From an uncultured Oleiharenicola sp. (GTDB taxonomy: Bacteria > Verrucomicrobiota > Verrucomicrobiia > Opitutales > Opitutaceae): a DNA stretch of 64,000 nucleotides. Below the pieces are notes generated by a model. It saw nothing but the letters and a program-made list of their open reading frames with translations. It was not told where the DNA came from and did not search any database. Of the stretch, positions 1 through 7,835 are shown one piece after another. A program made the translations under genes and the position numbers. How positions within the stretch are numbered: the first letter of the stretch is position 1; the number at the start of each line of letters is the position of its first letter. The stretch is from NCBI GenBank assembly GCA_964492635.1, contig CAZBLQ010000005.1:165-64164 (forward strand). The letters are read 5' to 3'.

Positions 1-735
1 GGTGAGGATGAGGCCGGTGAGGCTGAGCGCGTCGTGAAAGGCCTTGGCGACATTGACCGCCTCCTGGCCGAGCGCGCCGTCGGCAACGAGCAGCACCTCG
101 TCAGGCTGCACCTTGGCGTGGAGTCGCTTCACTTCCTCGATCAACTCGTGGTCGATCTGCAACCGGCCGGCGGTGTCGAAGAGGATGACGTCGGCGTTCT
201 GCTGGAGTGCGGTGTCCAGCCCCTTGGCGCCGATGGCGGTCACGTCCTTGGATTCGCGGTCGCCGTAGAAGCCCAACTCCTCCTGCTTCGCCAGAATCTC
301 GAGCTGATCAATTGCCGCGGGACGGTAAACGTCGCACGCCACGACGAACGGCCGGGCGCCTTTTTTCTTGAGGAGTTTGCCCAGTTTGGCGGTGGAGGTC
401 GTCTTGCCCGAGCCATGGAGACCAACCATCAGCACCTTGAGCGGACGCTTTTGCGCCAGCTCGGTCGCGCCTTCGCCGAGAAGTTTCACCAGCTCGTCGT
501 GGATGATTTTGACGATCTGCTGGCCGGGCGTGACGCTCTTCAGCACCTCCTGGCCGGTGCATTGCAGCTGCACGCGGTCGATGAACTCGCGGGCAACCTT
601 GAAATGCACATCGGCGGCGAGCAGGGCGGCGCGCACTTCCTTGAGGGCGTCCGCCATGTTGGTCTCGGACAATTGGCCGACGCCGCGGAGGTTGCGGAGA
701 GCGCCGGTCAGTTTTTCGGTCAGGCTTTCGAACAT
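1..735 (-). CDS. ffh: Signal recognition particle protein Ffh (SRP54). N-terminal part only; the gene continues past the window start.
   Basis: Missing from the ORF track because it has no stop in the window. Reverse translation from the ATG at 735-733 gives [55 protein letters not shown]. It then shows the P-loop [12 protein letters not shown] and [14 protein letters not shown], and stays in frame to base 1 (..GLILT). The 34..780 + ORF is its antisense shadow. Confidence 0.95.
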   Translation of the reverse strand, partial: MFESLTEKLTGALRNLRGVGQLSETNMADALKEVRAALLAADVHFKVAREFIDRVQLQCTGQEVLKSVTPGQQIVKIIHDELVKLLGEGATELAQKRPLKVLMVGLHGSGKTTSTAKLGKLLKKKGARPFVVACDVYRPAAIDQLEILAKQEELGFYGDRESKDVTAIGAKGLDTALQQNADVILFDTAGRLQIDHELIEEVKRLHAKVQPDEVLLVADGALGQEAVNVAKAFHDALSLTGLILT

Positions 736-1022
736 GGGAAGAGGGAAGGGAAACCACTAATCAGCACTTATAAACACTAATTTTCAGGCGGAGCTCGCTG
801 TATTTGCAACCCAGCGGCTTGCAGCGAGGTAGGGCGCGACCGCTGGGCGCGCCGCACATGACGGACGGCCCAGCGGTCCGTCCCACCTTTACTGAGCTGC
901 CCGGAGGCATGGCATCGCTTGCAAGCAAGCTCCTACAATATGAAGGCCGGCGGGCGGGAGGACGTGCTGAGCCCCGAATCTTCTTGCTGGCCAGTCAGGC
1001 TTATCGCTTAGAGCTTATCGCT

Positions 1023-2489
1023 ATGTCCCGCACTGTCGCCATCGTCGGTCGCCCCAATGTGGGCAAAAGCCGCCTGTTCAACCGGCTGGTGCGCAAGCGC
1101 GTTTCCATCGTTCATGACATGCCGGGCGTCACCCGCGACGTGGTCAATGCCGAGGTCAAGGACGGCGGCTACACCTTGCTCGACACCGGCGGCCTCGGAT
1201 TGACCGGCAGCGACACGCCGGCGCAGATCACCAAGGCTTCGGAAGAGCAGGTGCAGTTTGCGATCGAAGCGGCAACGGTCATCCTGTTCATCGTCGACGC
1301 CCGGGAAGGTGTGACCGGCTTGGACGAGCGCATCGCGCAGCGCCTGCGTCGCAGCAAAAAGCCGGTCATCATCGTCGCCAATAAAGCCGACCAAGGGGAG
1401 GAAAAGGTCTCGACCCTGGATCAGTTTTACCGGTTCGGCTTCGGGGCACCGTTTTGCATCTCGGCCGAACACGGCAACGGCGAAGCGGAGCTGCGCGATG
1501 CGATCCTGGCGAAACTCGGACCGGTGCCGGAGGAAACCGAACTGGACAAGGAGCGTTTGAGCATCTGTTTCGTCGGCCGGCCGAATGTCGGCAAATCCTC
1601 CCTCAGCAACCGGCTGCTCAAGAGCGACCGGCTGATTGTCAGCGACCAGCCCGGCACGACGCGCGACGCCGTCGAGCTTGATTTCATTTACACGAGCCGC
1701 GAAGGCAAGCCGTGGCCGTTCCGGCTGATCGACACCGCCGGCATCCGCGCCGCCACCAAGCTGTCGTCATCCGTCGAGTATTTTTCCCGCCTGCGCTCCC
1801 TGGAGGCGATCCACAACGCCGACGTGGTGTTCATGGTGCTCGATGCCATGGACGGAGTGACCCAGCAGGACCAGGCCATCGCCGGCGAGATCATCAAGGC
1901 GGCCAAGCCGATCGTCATCGTGGTCAACAAATGGGATCTGGTGCACGAGGCCTTCAACAAGCACGAGATGGCCAAATTCAAGACCGAGCGCGACTACCGC
2001 GAGCACTTCGAGAAGGCCCTGTTCGACAAACTTTTCTTCACGCCGGGCGCCCCGGTGATGTTCGTCTCGGCCCTGACGGGCCACGAGATCACGCGCATGC
2101 TCCGGTCGGCCCGCGCCCTCGACCGGCGGCTCGACACGAAGATTCCGACGGCCAAGCTCAACGCCGCCATCATCGAACTGGCGGAACGCACCCCGCCGCC
2201 CTCGACCTACAACATCCGTTTCCGCATCTACTACGCCACCCAGACCGGAACCCGGCCGTTTCGCATGAAGATATTTTGCAACCAGGAGCGCAGCCTGACC
2301 GAATCCTACCGGCGTTATCTGGAAGCGGGGTTGGTGAAGAAATTCGATCTGGACGGCTGCCCGATTCACTTCGACCTGATCGGCAAGAAAAACCAGACGG
2401 CGGCCGATCGCATCGCCGCCCGCAGCACGCGAAAGAACCTGCGCAACGCCGAGAAAATCGAAACCGACGAGCCGGTGTTTGATGATTGA
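1023..2489 (+). CDS. der: Ribosome-associated GTPase Der/EngA (two tandem G domains).
   Basis: Two GTPase domains are present: GRPNVGKSRLFNRL..DTGG..NKAD and GRPNVGKSSLSNRL..DTAG..NKWD, followed by a KH-like C-terminus. I placed the start at ATG 1023 (MSRTVAIVGRPNVGKS). The track's upstream extension from 804 is Arg/Gly-rich and looks non-coding. Confidence 0.95.
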   Translation: MSRTVAIVGRPNVGKSRLFNRLVRKRVSIVHDMPGVTRDVVNAEVKDGGYTLLDTGGLGLTGSDTPAQITKASEEQVQFAIEAATVILFIVDAREGVTGLDERIAQRLRRSKKPVIIVANKADQGEEKVSTLDQFYRFGFGAPFCISAEHGNGEAELRDAILAKLGPVPEETELDKERLSICFVGRPNVGKSSLSNRLLKSDRLIVSDQPGTTRDAVELDFIYTSREGKPWPFRLIDTAGIRAATKLSSSVEYFSRLRSLEAIHNADVVFMVLDAMDGVTQQDQAIAGEIIKAAKPIVIVVNKWDLVHEAFNKHEMAKFKTERDYREHFEKALFDKLFFTPGAPVMFVSALTGHEITRMLRSARALDRRLDTKIPTAKLNAAIIELAERTPPPSTYNIRFRIYYATQTGTRPFRMKIFCNQERSLTESYRRYLEAGLVKKFDLDGCPIHFDLIGKKNQTAADRIAARSTRKNLRNAEKIETDEPVFDD

Positions 2490-2533
2490 ACGGGATTAAT
2501 CTTGCATGAGTTCCCCCTCTGCACGGCCAATTG

Positions 2534-2638
2534 ACACACCCCGGCGCTCTGCGCCACCCCTCTTAATAGAGGGGAATCAAGTCCACGCTATCGGAAGTCC
2601 CCTCTATCAAGAGGGGTGCCCGACAAGGCGGGGTGTGT
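2534..2638. repeat. Nested-palindrome intergenic element, family A, copy 1.
   Basis: Termini ACACACCCCG / CGGGGTGTGT are inverted. Inside are two small hairpins, CCCCTCT-TAAT-AGAGGGG (2557-2574) and CCCCTCT-ATCA-AGAGGGG (2599-2616). It lies between der and fmt. A second copy is at 6981-7121. Confidence 0.8.
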
Positions 2639-2701
2639 TGCTTCTGACCACCGGGAATGAGTACGCTTCACAACCGCCTGATCTGAAGCGAGAGGCCAAC
2701 C

Positions 2702-3700
2702 ATGCTTAGAATCGTCTTCATGGGCTCGGATGCGATCGCACTGCCCACGCTGGACTGGCTGGCGGATGACGGACGAGATATCGGCCAGGTAGTCGGAGCT
2801 TTCACGCAGCCCGACCGGGCTGCCGGTCGCGGCCAGAAGGTCCAGTCCAACGAAATAAAACTCTGGGCGCAGGCGCACGGTCTGCCCGTGCTCCAGCCGG
2901 TCAAAGTCGGAGCGCCCGAGCGCCAGCAACTGGCGGACCTGAAACCGGACCTGTGCCTGGTGATGGCTTACGGACATATCCTGCGTCAGGAGTTCATTGA
3001 GACCCCGCGCCTCGGCACCCTGAATCTGCACACCTCCGTGCTGCCGGCCTTTCGGGGAGCTTCGCCTATCCAGACCGCCATCACCTGCGGAGAAGCAGAA
3101 ACGGGTGTCACCCTAATGCGCATGGTGCTGAAACTCGATGCCGGCCCGGTCGCCGACGTGGAACGCGTCAAGATCAACCAGCTCGACACGGCGAGGGAGC
3201 TCGAGGCGAAACTTGGCCGGGCTTGTGTGCCGTTGCTGGCCCGCTGTCTGCCCGGCATTGCCTCCGGCGAGCAAAAATTCACCCCCCAGGATGAGGCGAA
3301 GGCGACCTTTTGCCGGCGACTTGAAAAAACCGATGGGGTGCTCGATTTTCAGACCCCGGCTGCACTGCTGGCCGGCCGGATCAACGGCTTGATGCCGTGG
3401 CCGGGTTGCACAGTCGAAATCAACGGCCAGACGGTGAAACTCGGTCTGGCCGATATTAGTAGTCCAATAGACTACAAACCGGCCGGCGCCGGGGTGGTGA
3501 TCGGCACAGATGCCTGCGGCCTGCTGGTGGGCACAGGGCAGGGGAGCTTGCGTCTGCGCCAGCTCCAGCGACCGAGTGGCCGGATGCTGCCGGCAGCGGA
3601 ATTCCTGCGGGGCTTTCCCGTCGTCCCGGGCACGAAGCTGGAGTCACGTTCTATGCCACTCTTGGTGGCGCGCGCACCGTTCCCACGGCAGAAAAATTAA
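2702..3700 (+). CDS. fmt: Methionyl-tRNA formyltransferase.
   Basis: MLRIVFMGSDAIALPTL at the N-terminus and the formyltransferase motif NLHTSVLPAFRGASPIQTAI. The length (332 aa) is typical for Fmt. Confidence 0.94.
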   Translation: MLRIVFMGSDAIALPTLDWLADDGRDIGQVVGAFTQPDRAAGRGQKVQSNEIKLWAQAHGLPVLQPVKVGAPERQQLADLKPDLCLVMAYGHILRQEFIETPRLGTLNLHTSVLPAFRGASPIQTAITCGEAETGVTLMRMVLKLDAGPVADVERVKINQLDTARELEAKLGRACVPLLARCLPGIASGEQKFTPQDEAKATFCRRLEKTDGVLDFQTPAALLAGRINGLMPWPGCTVEINGQTVKLGLADISSPIDYKPAGAGVVIGTDACGLLVGTGQGSLRLRQLQRPSGRMLPAAEFLRGFPVVPGTKLESRSMPLLVARAPFPRQKN

Positions 3701-3798
3701 CCGGCCTGGGACGGTTACCCGCTGATGACGCAAATAACACAAATGGGTAAGGCAATCCAACGGAGGCTTTCTACCAGTTACGGTCCGCTTTGAGACCT

Positions 3799-3893
3799 TG
3801 TAGGGCTGCCGCTTGCGGCATGCCCACAGACCGAATGGCGCGGCGCATCGGCCTTCGCGCAAGCTACGGCCTGACAAGAGCGCCGGCCCTACA
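3799..3893. repeat. Imperfect TGTAGGGC...GCCCTACA palindromic intergenic element (weaker member of the TGTAGG hairpin type).
   Basis: An 8-bp inverted repeat TGTAGGGC (3799-3806) / GCCCTACA (3886-3893) flanks GC-rich internal hairpins such as GCCGC-TT-GCGGC (3808-3819). The interior pairing is not clean. Confidence 0.4.
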
Positions 3894-3934
3894 GTCCGGA
3901 AGCAATAGATAACTGGTAATATCTTCAGATTGCG

Positions 3935-3962
3935 CCATTCGCGTCCATTCGCGCGATTCGCG
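3935..3962. repeat. Three tandem 9-10 nt units (C)CATTCGCG.
   Basis: CCATTCGCG TCCATTCGCG CGATTCGCG read directly, about 60 nt upstream of the LysM gene ATG at 4022. Confidence 0.7.
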
Positions 3963-4021
3963 GGAGGTTCACTTTGCCTAATTCAGTCCTAAGGCTTGTT
4001 TTTATCGGGCAATCCCGCACC

Positions 4022-4609
4022 ATGAAAAATATGCCAGCCACTTTACTGCGCTATGGCGGCCTGCTGGCCGCGCTGACCTCCACGATCTGGGCCCAGCCCA
4101 CGTCTGACAGTACCCGCATGGAACTGGCCAATCTGCGCAACGACCTGTTGCAGTTAACCCAGCGCGTTGGCGAACTCAACATGCAGATTGAGGATCTCAG
4201 CCGCAAAAATACTGCCCTGCAGGACAAGGCGAGCCAGAGCTTCGTCACCCTCGAACAGTTGAACAAATCCATTGCCGACGTGAATCACACCCTGCAGAGC
4301 GCGCTCGTTGAGCAGAAACACGAGGTGTTGCAGCAGGTCGCCGGGCAGATCGAACGTCTGGGCCGGCAAACCAACGCCGCGCTGGACGCGCTGGCGAAAA
4401 ACCAAGCCACCCGCCCGGCTGTGCAGACCACCTTCACCGAAGAATTTCCGAAGGAGGGAATCAATTACACCGTGCAGGCCGGCGACACCCTTTCCGGCAT
4501 CGCGAAGAAAACCGGCGCGAAGCTGCAGGATATTCGGAACGCAAACAAGATTGCCGACGACACCAGGATTCGCGTCGGCCAGACCCTGTTTATCCCGCAA
4601 GGAAAATAA
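4022..4609 (+). CDS. LysM peptidoglycan-binding protein with a signal/anchor and a coiled-coil region.
   Basis: N-terminus MKNMPATLLRYGGLLAALTSTIWA. The middle is heptad-like and Q/L/E-rich. The C-terminal LysM domain reads YTVQAGDTLSGIAKKTGAKLQDIRNANKIADDTRIRVGQTLFIP. The start is taken at ATG 4022; the track start at 3974 is non-ATG. Confidence 0.8.
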   Translation: MKNMPATLLRYGGLLAALTSTIWAQPTSDSTRMELANLRNDLLQLTQRVGELNMQIEDLSRKNTALQDKASQSFVTLEQLNKSIADVNHTLQSALVEQKHEVLQQVAGQIERLGRQTNAALDALAKNQATRPAVQTTFTEEFPKEGINYTVQAGDTLSGIAKKTGAKLQDIRNANKIADDTRIRVGQTLFIPQGK

Positions 4610-4611
4610 TC

Positions 4612-5535
4612 ATGGCCACCCCGAAATCACGACTCGGCCGCGGGCTCGGCGCCCTCATCACCAGCGGCACCACTCCCCCTAAAGCGACAGGTACGCCGGC
4701 TGATCCGGCACCCAAGACCGCCGCTGCCGTGCCACACGAGGCGGGTGGGCTGGCCGGCTATCGCGAGATCGCGGTTCATTTAATCGAGCCGAATCCCTAT
4801 CAACCGCGCCGCGACATCGACCCGGAACAATTGACCGAATTGGTGGAGAGCATCCGCGCCGAGGGGTTGCTGCAGCCGATTGTCGTGCGGCCCGCCGGTG
4901 ACAAATTCCAGCTTATCGCCGGCGAGCGCCGCTGGCGCGCCTTCCAGCAACTAAAGATCAAGTCGATCCCGGCCCGCGTCATGACGTCCAGTGACGCGTC
5001 CTCCGCGTCGCTGGCCCTGATTGAGAATTTGCAGCGCGAAGGCTTGAACGCGATCGACGAGGCCCACGGCTACGCCAGCCTCATCCGGGATTTTGACCTG
5101 ACGCAGGAAGCCGCCGCGCAACGGGTCGGCCGGGGTCGCGCCACCGTGGCCAATTCGCTCCGCCTGCTTTCGCTCGAGGCGGAAATCCAGGGTTATCTGG
5201 GCAAGAGCCTGCTGAGCGTGGGACATGCCAAGGTTCTGCTCGGCGTCGAGAATTCACCCGAGCGCCTGCTGCTGGCCCGGCGCACCTTGGAGCAGGGTCT
5301 GAGCGTGCGAGGCCTGGAGGAACTGCTGAAGCACAAGTCCGGCGGCGCCGGCAAGAAGCGCCGGATGCCCGCTGCCACGGCGACGGCCCTGTCGGACATC
5401 GAGAAAAAACTGACGTCCCACCTCGGGGCCCGCAGCACGCTGAAGCATTCGCCCCGGAAGGGCCGCATCATCATCGAGTACCAGGGCAACGAGGATTTGT
5501 CGCGGGTGCTCGAGAAGATGGGGCTCAAGCTGTAG
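4612..5535 (+). CDS. parB: Chromosome partitioning protein ParB/Spo0J.
   Basis: LIEPNPYQPRR, the arginine-rich box IAGERRWRA, the HTH region LTQEAAAQRVGRGRATVANSLRLL, and a C-terminal dimerisation-like tail. Confidence 0.93.
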   Translation: MATPKSRLGRGLGALITSGTTPPKATGTPADPAPKTAAAVPHEAGGLAGYREIAVHLIEPNPYQPRRDIDPEQLTELVESIRAEGLLQPIVVRPAGDKFQLIAGERRWRAFQQLKIKSIPARVMTSSDASSASLALIENLQREGLNAIDEAHGYASLIRDFDLTQEAAAQRVGRGRATVANSLRLLSLEAEIQGYLGKSLLSVGHAKVLLGVENSPERLLLARRTLEQGLSVRGLEELLKHKSGGAGKKRRMPAATATALSDIEKKLTSHLGARSTLKHSPRKGRIIIEYQGNEDLSRVLEKMGLKL

Positions 5536-5545
5536 GAATATTTTG

Positions 5546-5614
5546 AACCACAAAGGCACCGAGACACAAAGACTGATCAGTCTGGTATCTCTGTGTCTCA
5601 GTGCCTTTGTGGTT
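5546..5614. terminator. Long imperfect hairpin immediately after parB (terminator or REP-like).
   Basis: AACCACAAAGGCACCGAGACACAAAGAC ... ATCTCTGTGTCTCAGTGCCTTTGTGGTT. The arms are ~27 nt with 2-3 mismatches, centred on the perfect 12-nt palindrome GACTGATCAGTC (5571-5582). It starts 11 nt after the parB stop. There is no clear U-tract. Confidence 0.6.
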
Positions 5615-5727
5615 AACTCAGGTTTGGCTGCTTCGGTGGCAATATTTACGGATATCAAAGCCACCCACCACCCAGCCAGAACTTTGGTTGACAAAGCCGG
5701 CCCGACTACGTTGCTTCTTCAACCTTT

Positions 5728-6084
5728 ATGAGCCTACTTATCGGTGTTTTAACTTTTGTCCTGGTCCTCACGTCCCTGTTCTTGGTGCTGGTGGTATTGA
5801 TGCAGCGCGCCAAGACGGATGGTGGCATGGGCGCGGCCATGGGCGGCGGCAGCATGGAGTCCACCTTTGGCGCCGAGACGAGCAATGTGCTGACCAAGGC
5901 GACCATCAATGCGGCCATCATTTTCTTTGTCATCAGTTTCGTACTCTATCTGGCGCACATCTACCAGACCAAGCATCAGGAATCGGTCGACAGCAAACTG
6001 CCCGCCATTGTGGCCCCAGCAGTCACAACGCCGCCCGCCGCACAGCCCGCAACTCCGCAGCCGGGTGAGCCCAAGAAACCTTGA
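5728..6084 (+). CDS. secG: Preprotein translocase subunit SecG.
   Basis: MSLLIGVLTFVLVLTSLFLVLVVLMQRAKTDGGMGAAMGGG, then a second TM segment ATINAAIIFFVISFVLYLAHI. This is the typical SecG architecture, here with a Pro/Ala-rich tail. Confidence 0.9.
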   Translation: MSLLIGVLTFVLVLTSLFLVLVVLMQRAKTDGGMGAAMGGGSMESTFGAETSNVLTKATINAAIIFFVISFVLYLAHIYQTKHQESVDSKLPAIVAPAVTTPPAAQPATPQPGEPKKP

Positions 6085-6121
6085 CCTCCCAAGCCCGGTT
6101 TTCCACCGGGCTTTGTTGTTT

Positions 6122-6934
6122 ATGCTGGCGGCCGTCGCGCTGCCGGCCCTGCCGGCGCAGTCCTCCGCTTACCGTCCGCCGCCAAACTTCGTTGCCAACG
6201 GCCAGGCCGACCAGGCCGAAGGCGCGCGCATCCTCGCTGAGTTTCACCGCGCCGGGATCGCCGGCACCTACTGGCTGGCCTTTGAATTGCGCGTCATGCC
6301 CCGCAAAGGGGCCGAGCGCACACTCAAGGGCGAGATGTTCGGCACCCGGAACGAAATGGGACCGTTGACCCGGGTGCACCTCGAAGGGCAGCGCTGGCTC
6401 ATCCAAGGTGGCCCGCAGCCGGCGATCTGGCGGGGAGACGGCGGATCCGCTGCCCAGGCCGTGAGCGCAGGAGAAGCATTGCAACCGGTCGCCGGCACCG
6501 ATCTCACGCTCTTCGATTTGCAGATGCCGTTTCTCCACTGGACTGACTTCATCTATGAGGGCCTGGCCCGGGTTCGCGGTCGGCCGGCGCATAGTTTCGT
6601 ACTCTATCCGCCCCCGGGACTCGCCGCATCCCGGCCGGAATTGACCGGCGTGCGCGTGCTGCTCGATACGCAATACCAGGCCCTGGTGCAGGCGGAACTG
6701 CTCGGCGCCAAAGGCGTCACCGAGAAAACCATCACCATCCTCGACCTGAAGAAAGTGGGGGAGCAGTGGATCGTGAAATCCATCGACCTCCGCAACAACC
6801 TGACGCGCGACAAGACGCGTTTTGCGGTCACGGCCGCCGCACTGGATCTGGTGCTTCCGGCGGAAACTTTCACAACCGGGGCGCTGGCGGCCACCGGGCC
6901 AACGGTGCCGCCCGAGAAAGTCGTGCGGTTTTGA
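6122..6934 (+). CDS. Secreted protein, LolA-like (outer-membrane lipoprotein-sorting protein family) fold suspected.
   Basis: Signal peptide MLAAVALPALPAQS from ATG 6122. The C-terminal pattern HSFVLYPPP..VRVLLDTQYQALVQAELLGAKGVTEKTITILDLKKVGEQWIVKSIDLRN resembles LolA-like domain proteins. The part of the track ORF upstream of 6122 overlaps secG out of frame. Confidence 0.55.
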   Translation: MLAAVALPALPAQSSAYRPPPNFVANGQADQAEGARILAEFHRAGIAGTYWLAFELRVMPRKGAERTLKGEMFGTRNEMGPLTRVHLEGQRWLIQGGPQPAIWRGDGGSAAQAVSAGEALQPVAGTDLTLFDLQMPFLHWTDFIYEGLARVRGRPAHSFVLYPPPGLAASRPELTGVRVLLDTQYQALVQAELLGAKGVTEKTITILDLKKVGEQWIVKSIDLRNNLTRDKTRFAVTAAALDLVLPAETFTTGALAATGPTVPPEKVVRF

Positions 6935-6980
6935 AGTCCAATCTGCTAGATGAAGGCATGATTCGGGATTTAAGATGCAT

Positions 6981-7121
6981 ACACACCCCGGCGCTCCCGC
7001 CTTCGCTTCGCTTCGGCGCGGCAAGTCGCGCCACCCCTCTTGATAGAGGGGATTTCAAGACGTTTGCTTGCGCAGTTTTGGAGCCCCTCTGGCGAGGGGT
7101 GCCCGGCAGGACGGAGTGTGT
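6981..7121. repeat. Nested-palindrome intergenic element, family A, copy 2.
   Basis: It shares ACACACCCCGGCGCT, GCCACCCCTCTTGATAGAGGGGA, CCCCTC-TGGC-GAGGGGTGCCCG and a terminal ACGGAGTGTGT with copy 1. It carries an extra internal segment (about 6997-7028) with a CTTCG CTTCG CTTCGG repeat. Confidence 0.8.
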
Positions 7122-7157
7122 CGGTTCTTCATTCAGACTGATTCAAGCGGTTTGACC

Positions 7158-7577
7158 ATGCCCGGCAAAATTTCCAAGCCTTTCCCCATCCAGCTGGAGG
7201 TCGAGTTTCTGGACCGGCTGAGCGAACCGGTGCGTGACGGCCGCGCCCGGTCCGTCAGCGAAATAATCCGCACCGCGCTCGCCCGGTATGATTTCACCGA
7301 CGTGATCGTCATGCATCCCTCACAATTGCAGATTTCCGTGCGCCTGCCGGCCGGCATCCGCCGGGACCTGAAAAAGATTTCACGCAGCAAGCATACCAGC
7401 GTCGGCCATCTTGTCCGCGCGGCGGTCGAGGCTTACCTGCCGCAACTGGAGGCAGCCGCGCCAGTGGAGAAAAAGCCGGTCCGGAAAAAGAGAGAAAAGA
7501 AACGCGGGGCGAAGAAAAAACTGAGCGGGAAAGAACCAAGCCTGTCACCGCAACGTTCTTCGGAAAAGGGCGGTTGA
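7158..7577 (+). CDS. Ribbon-helix-helix (CopG/Arc-type) protein with two RHH units in tandem and a polybasic tail.
   Basis: Unit 1 is PFPIQLEVEFLDRLSEPVRDGRARSVSEIIRTALARY. Unit 2 is LQISVRLPAGIRRDLKKISRSKHTSVGHLVRAAVEAYL. The tail is KKPVRKKREKKRGAKKKL. The start is ATG 7158. Confidence 0.6.
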   Translation: MPGKISKPFPIQLEVEFLDRLSEPVRDGRARSVSEIIRTALARYDFTDVIVMHPSQLQISVRLPAGIRRDLKKISRSKHTSVGHLVRAAVEAYLPQLEAAAPVEKKPVRKKREKKRGAKKKLSGKEPSLSPQRSSEKGG

Positions 7578-7643
7578 AGGCAGCCGCCCCTACCGCGCAG
7601 AAGTGAAGATCCCCGGGGCAAGCGCCGGGGCATTTCAGAAAAC

Positions 7644-7704
7644 TGTAGGAGCGGCTTTACGCCGCGATATCGCCGGACTATCGGGGCGTAAAGCCCCTCC
7701 TACA
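7644..7704. repeat. 25-bp-stem hairpin of the TGTAGGAG...CTCCTACA type (REP-like).
   Basis: TGTAGGAGCGGCTTTACGCCGCGAT - loop ATCGCCGGACT - ATCGGGGCGTAAAGCCCCTCCTACA, with 23 of 25 positions complementary. It is intergenic, between the RHH gene and the aminotransferase gene. Confidence 0.75.
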
Positions 7705-7835
7705 ACAAACCAAGCCGGAGCAAGCTCCGGGGGAATCAGGTCCAAAAAGATTGAATTGTTATGACAAACGGCGTGACCGTGCGCGTTTGCCGCAAGCTTG
7801 CATTCGGAAATGCCGGGCTTTAGTCCCGACTTTGC

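Noticed and set aside
34-780. 248-aa plus-strand ORF at the start of the window.
   Set aside because: It is the antisense shadow of ffh. The minus strand encodes textbook SRP54 motifs ([15 protein letters not shown]), while the plus-strand product is low-complexity and matches no family.
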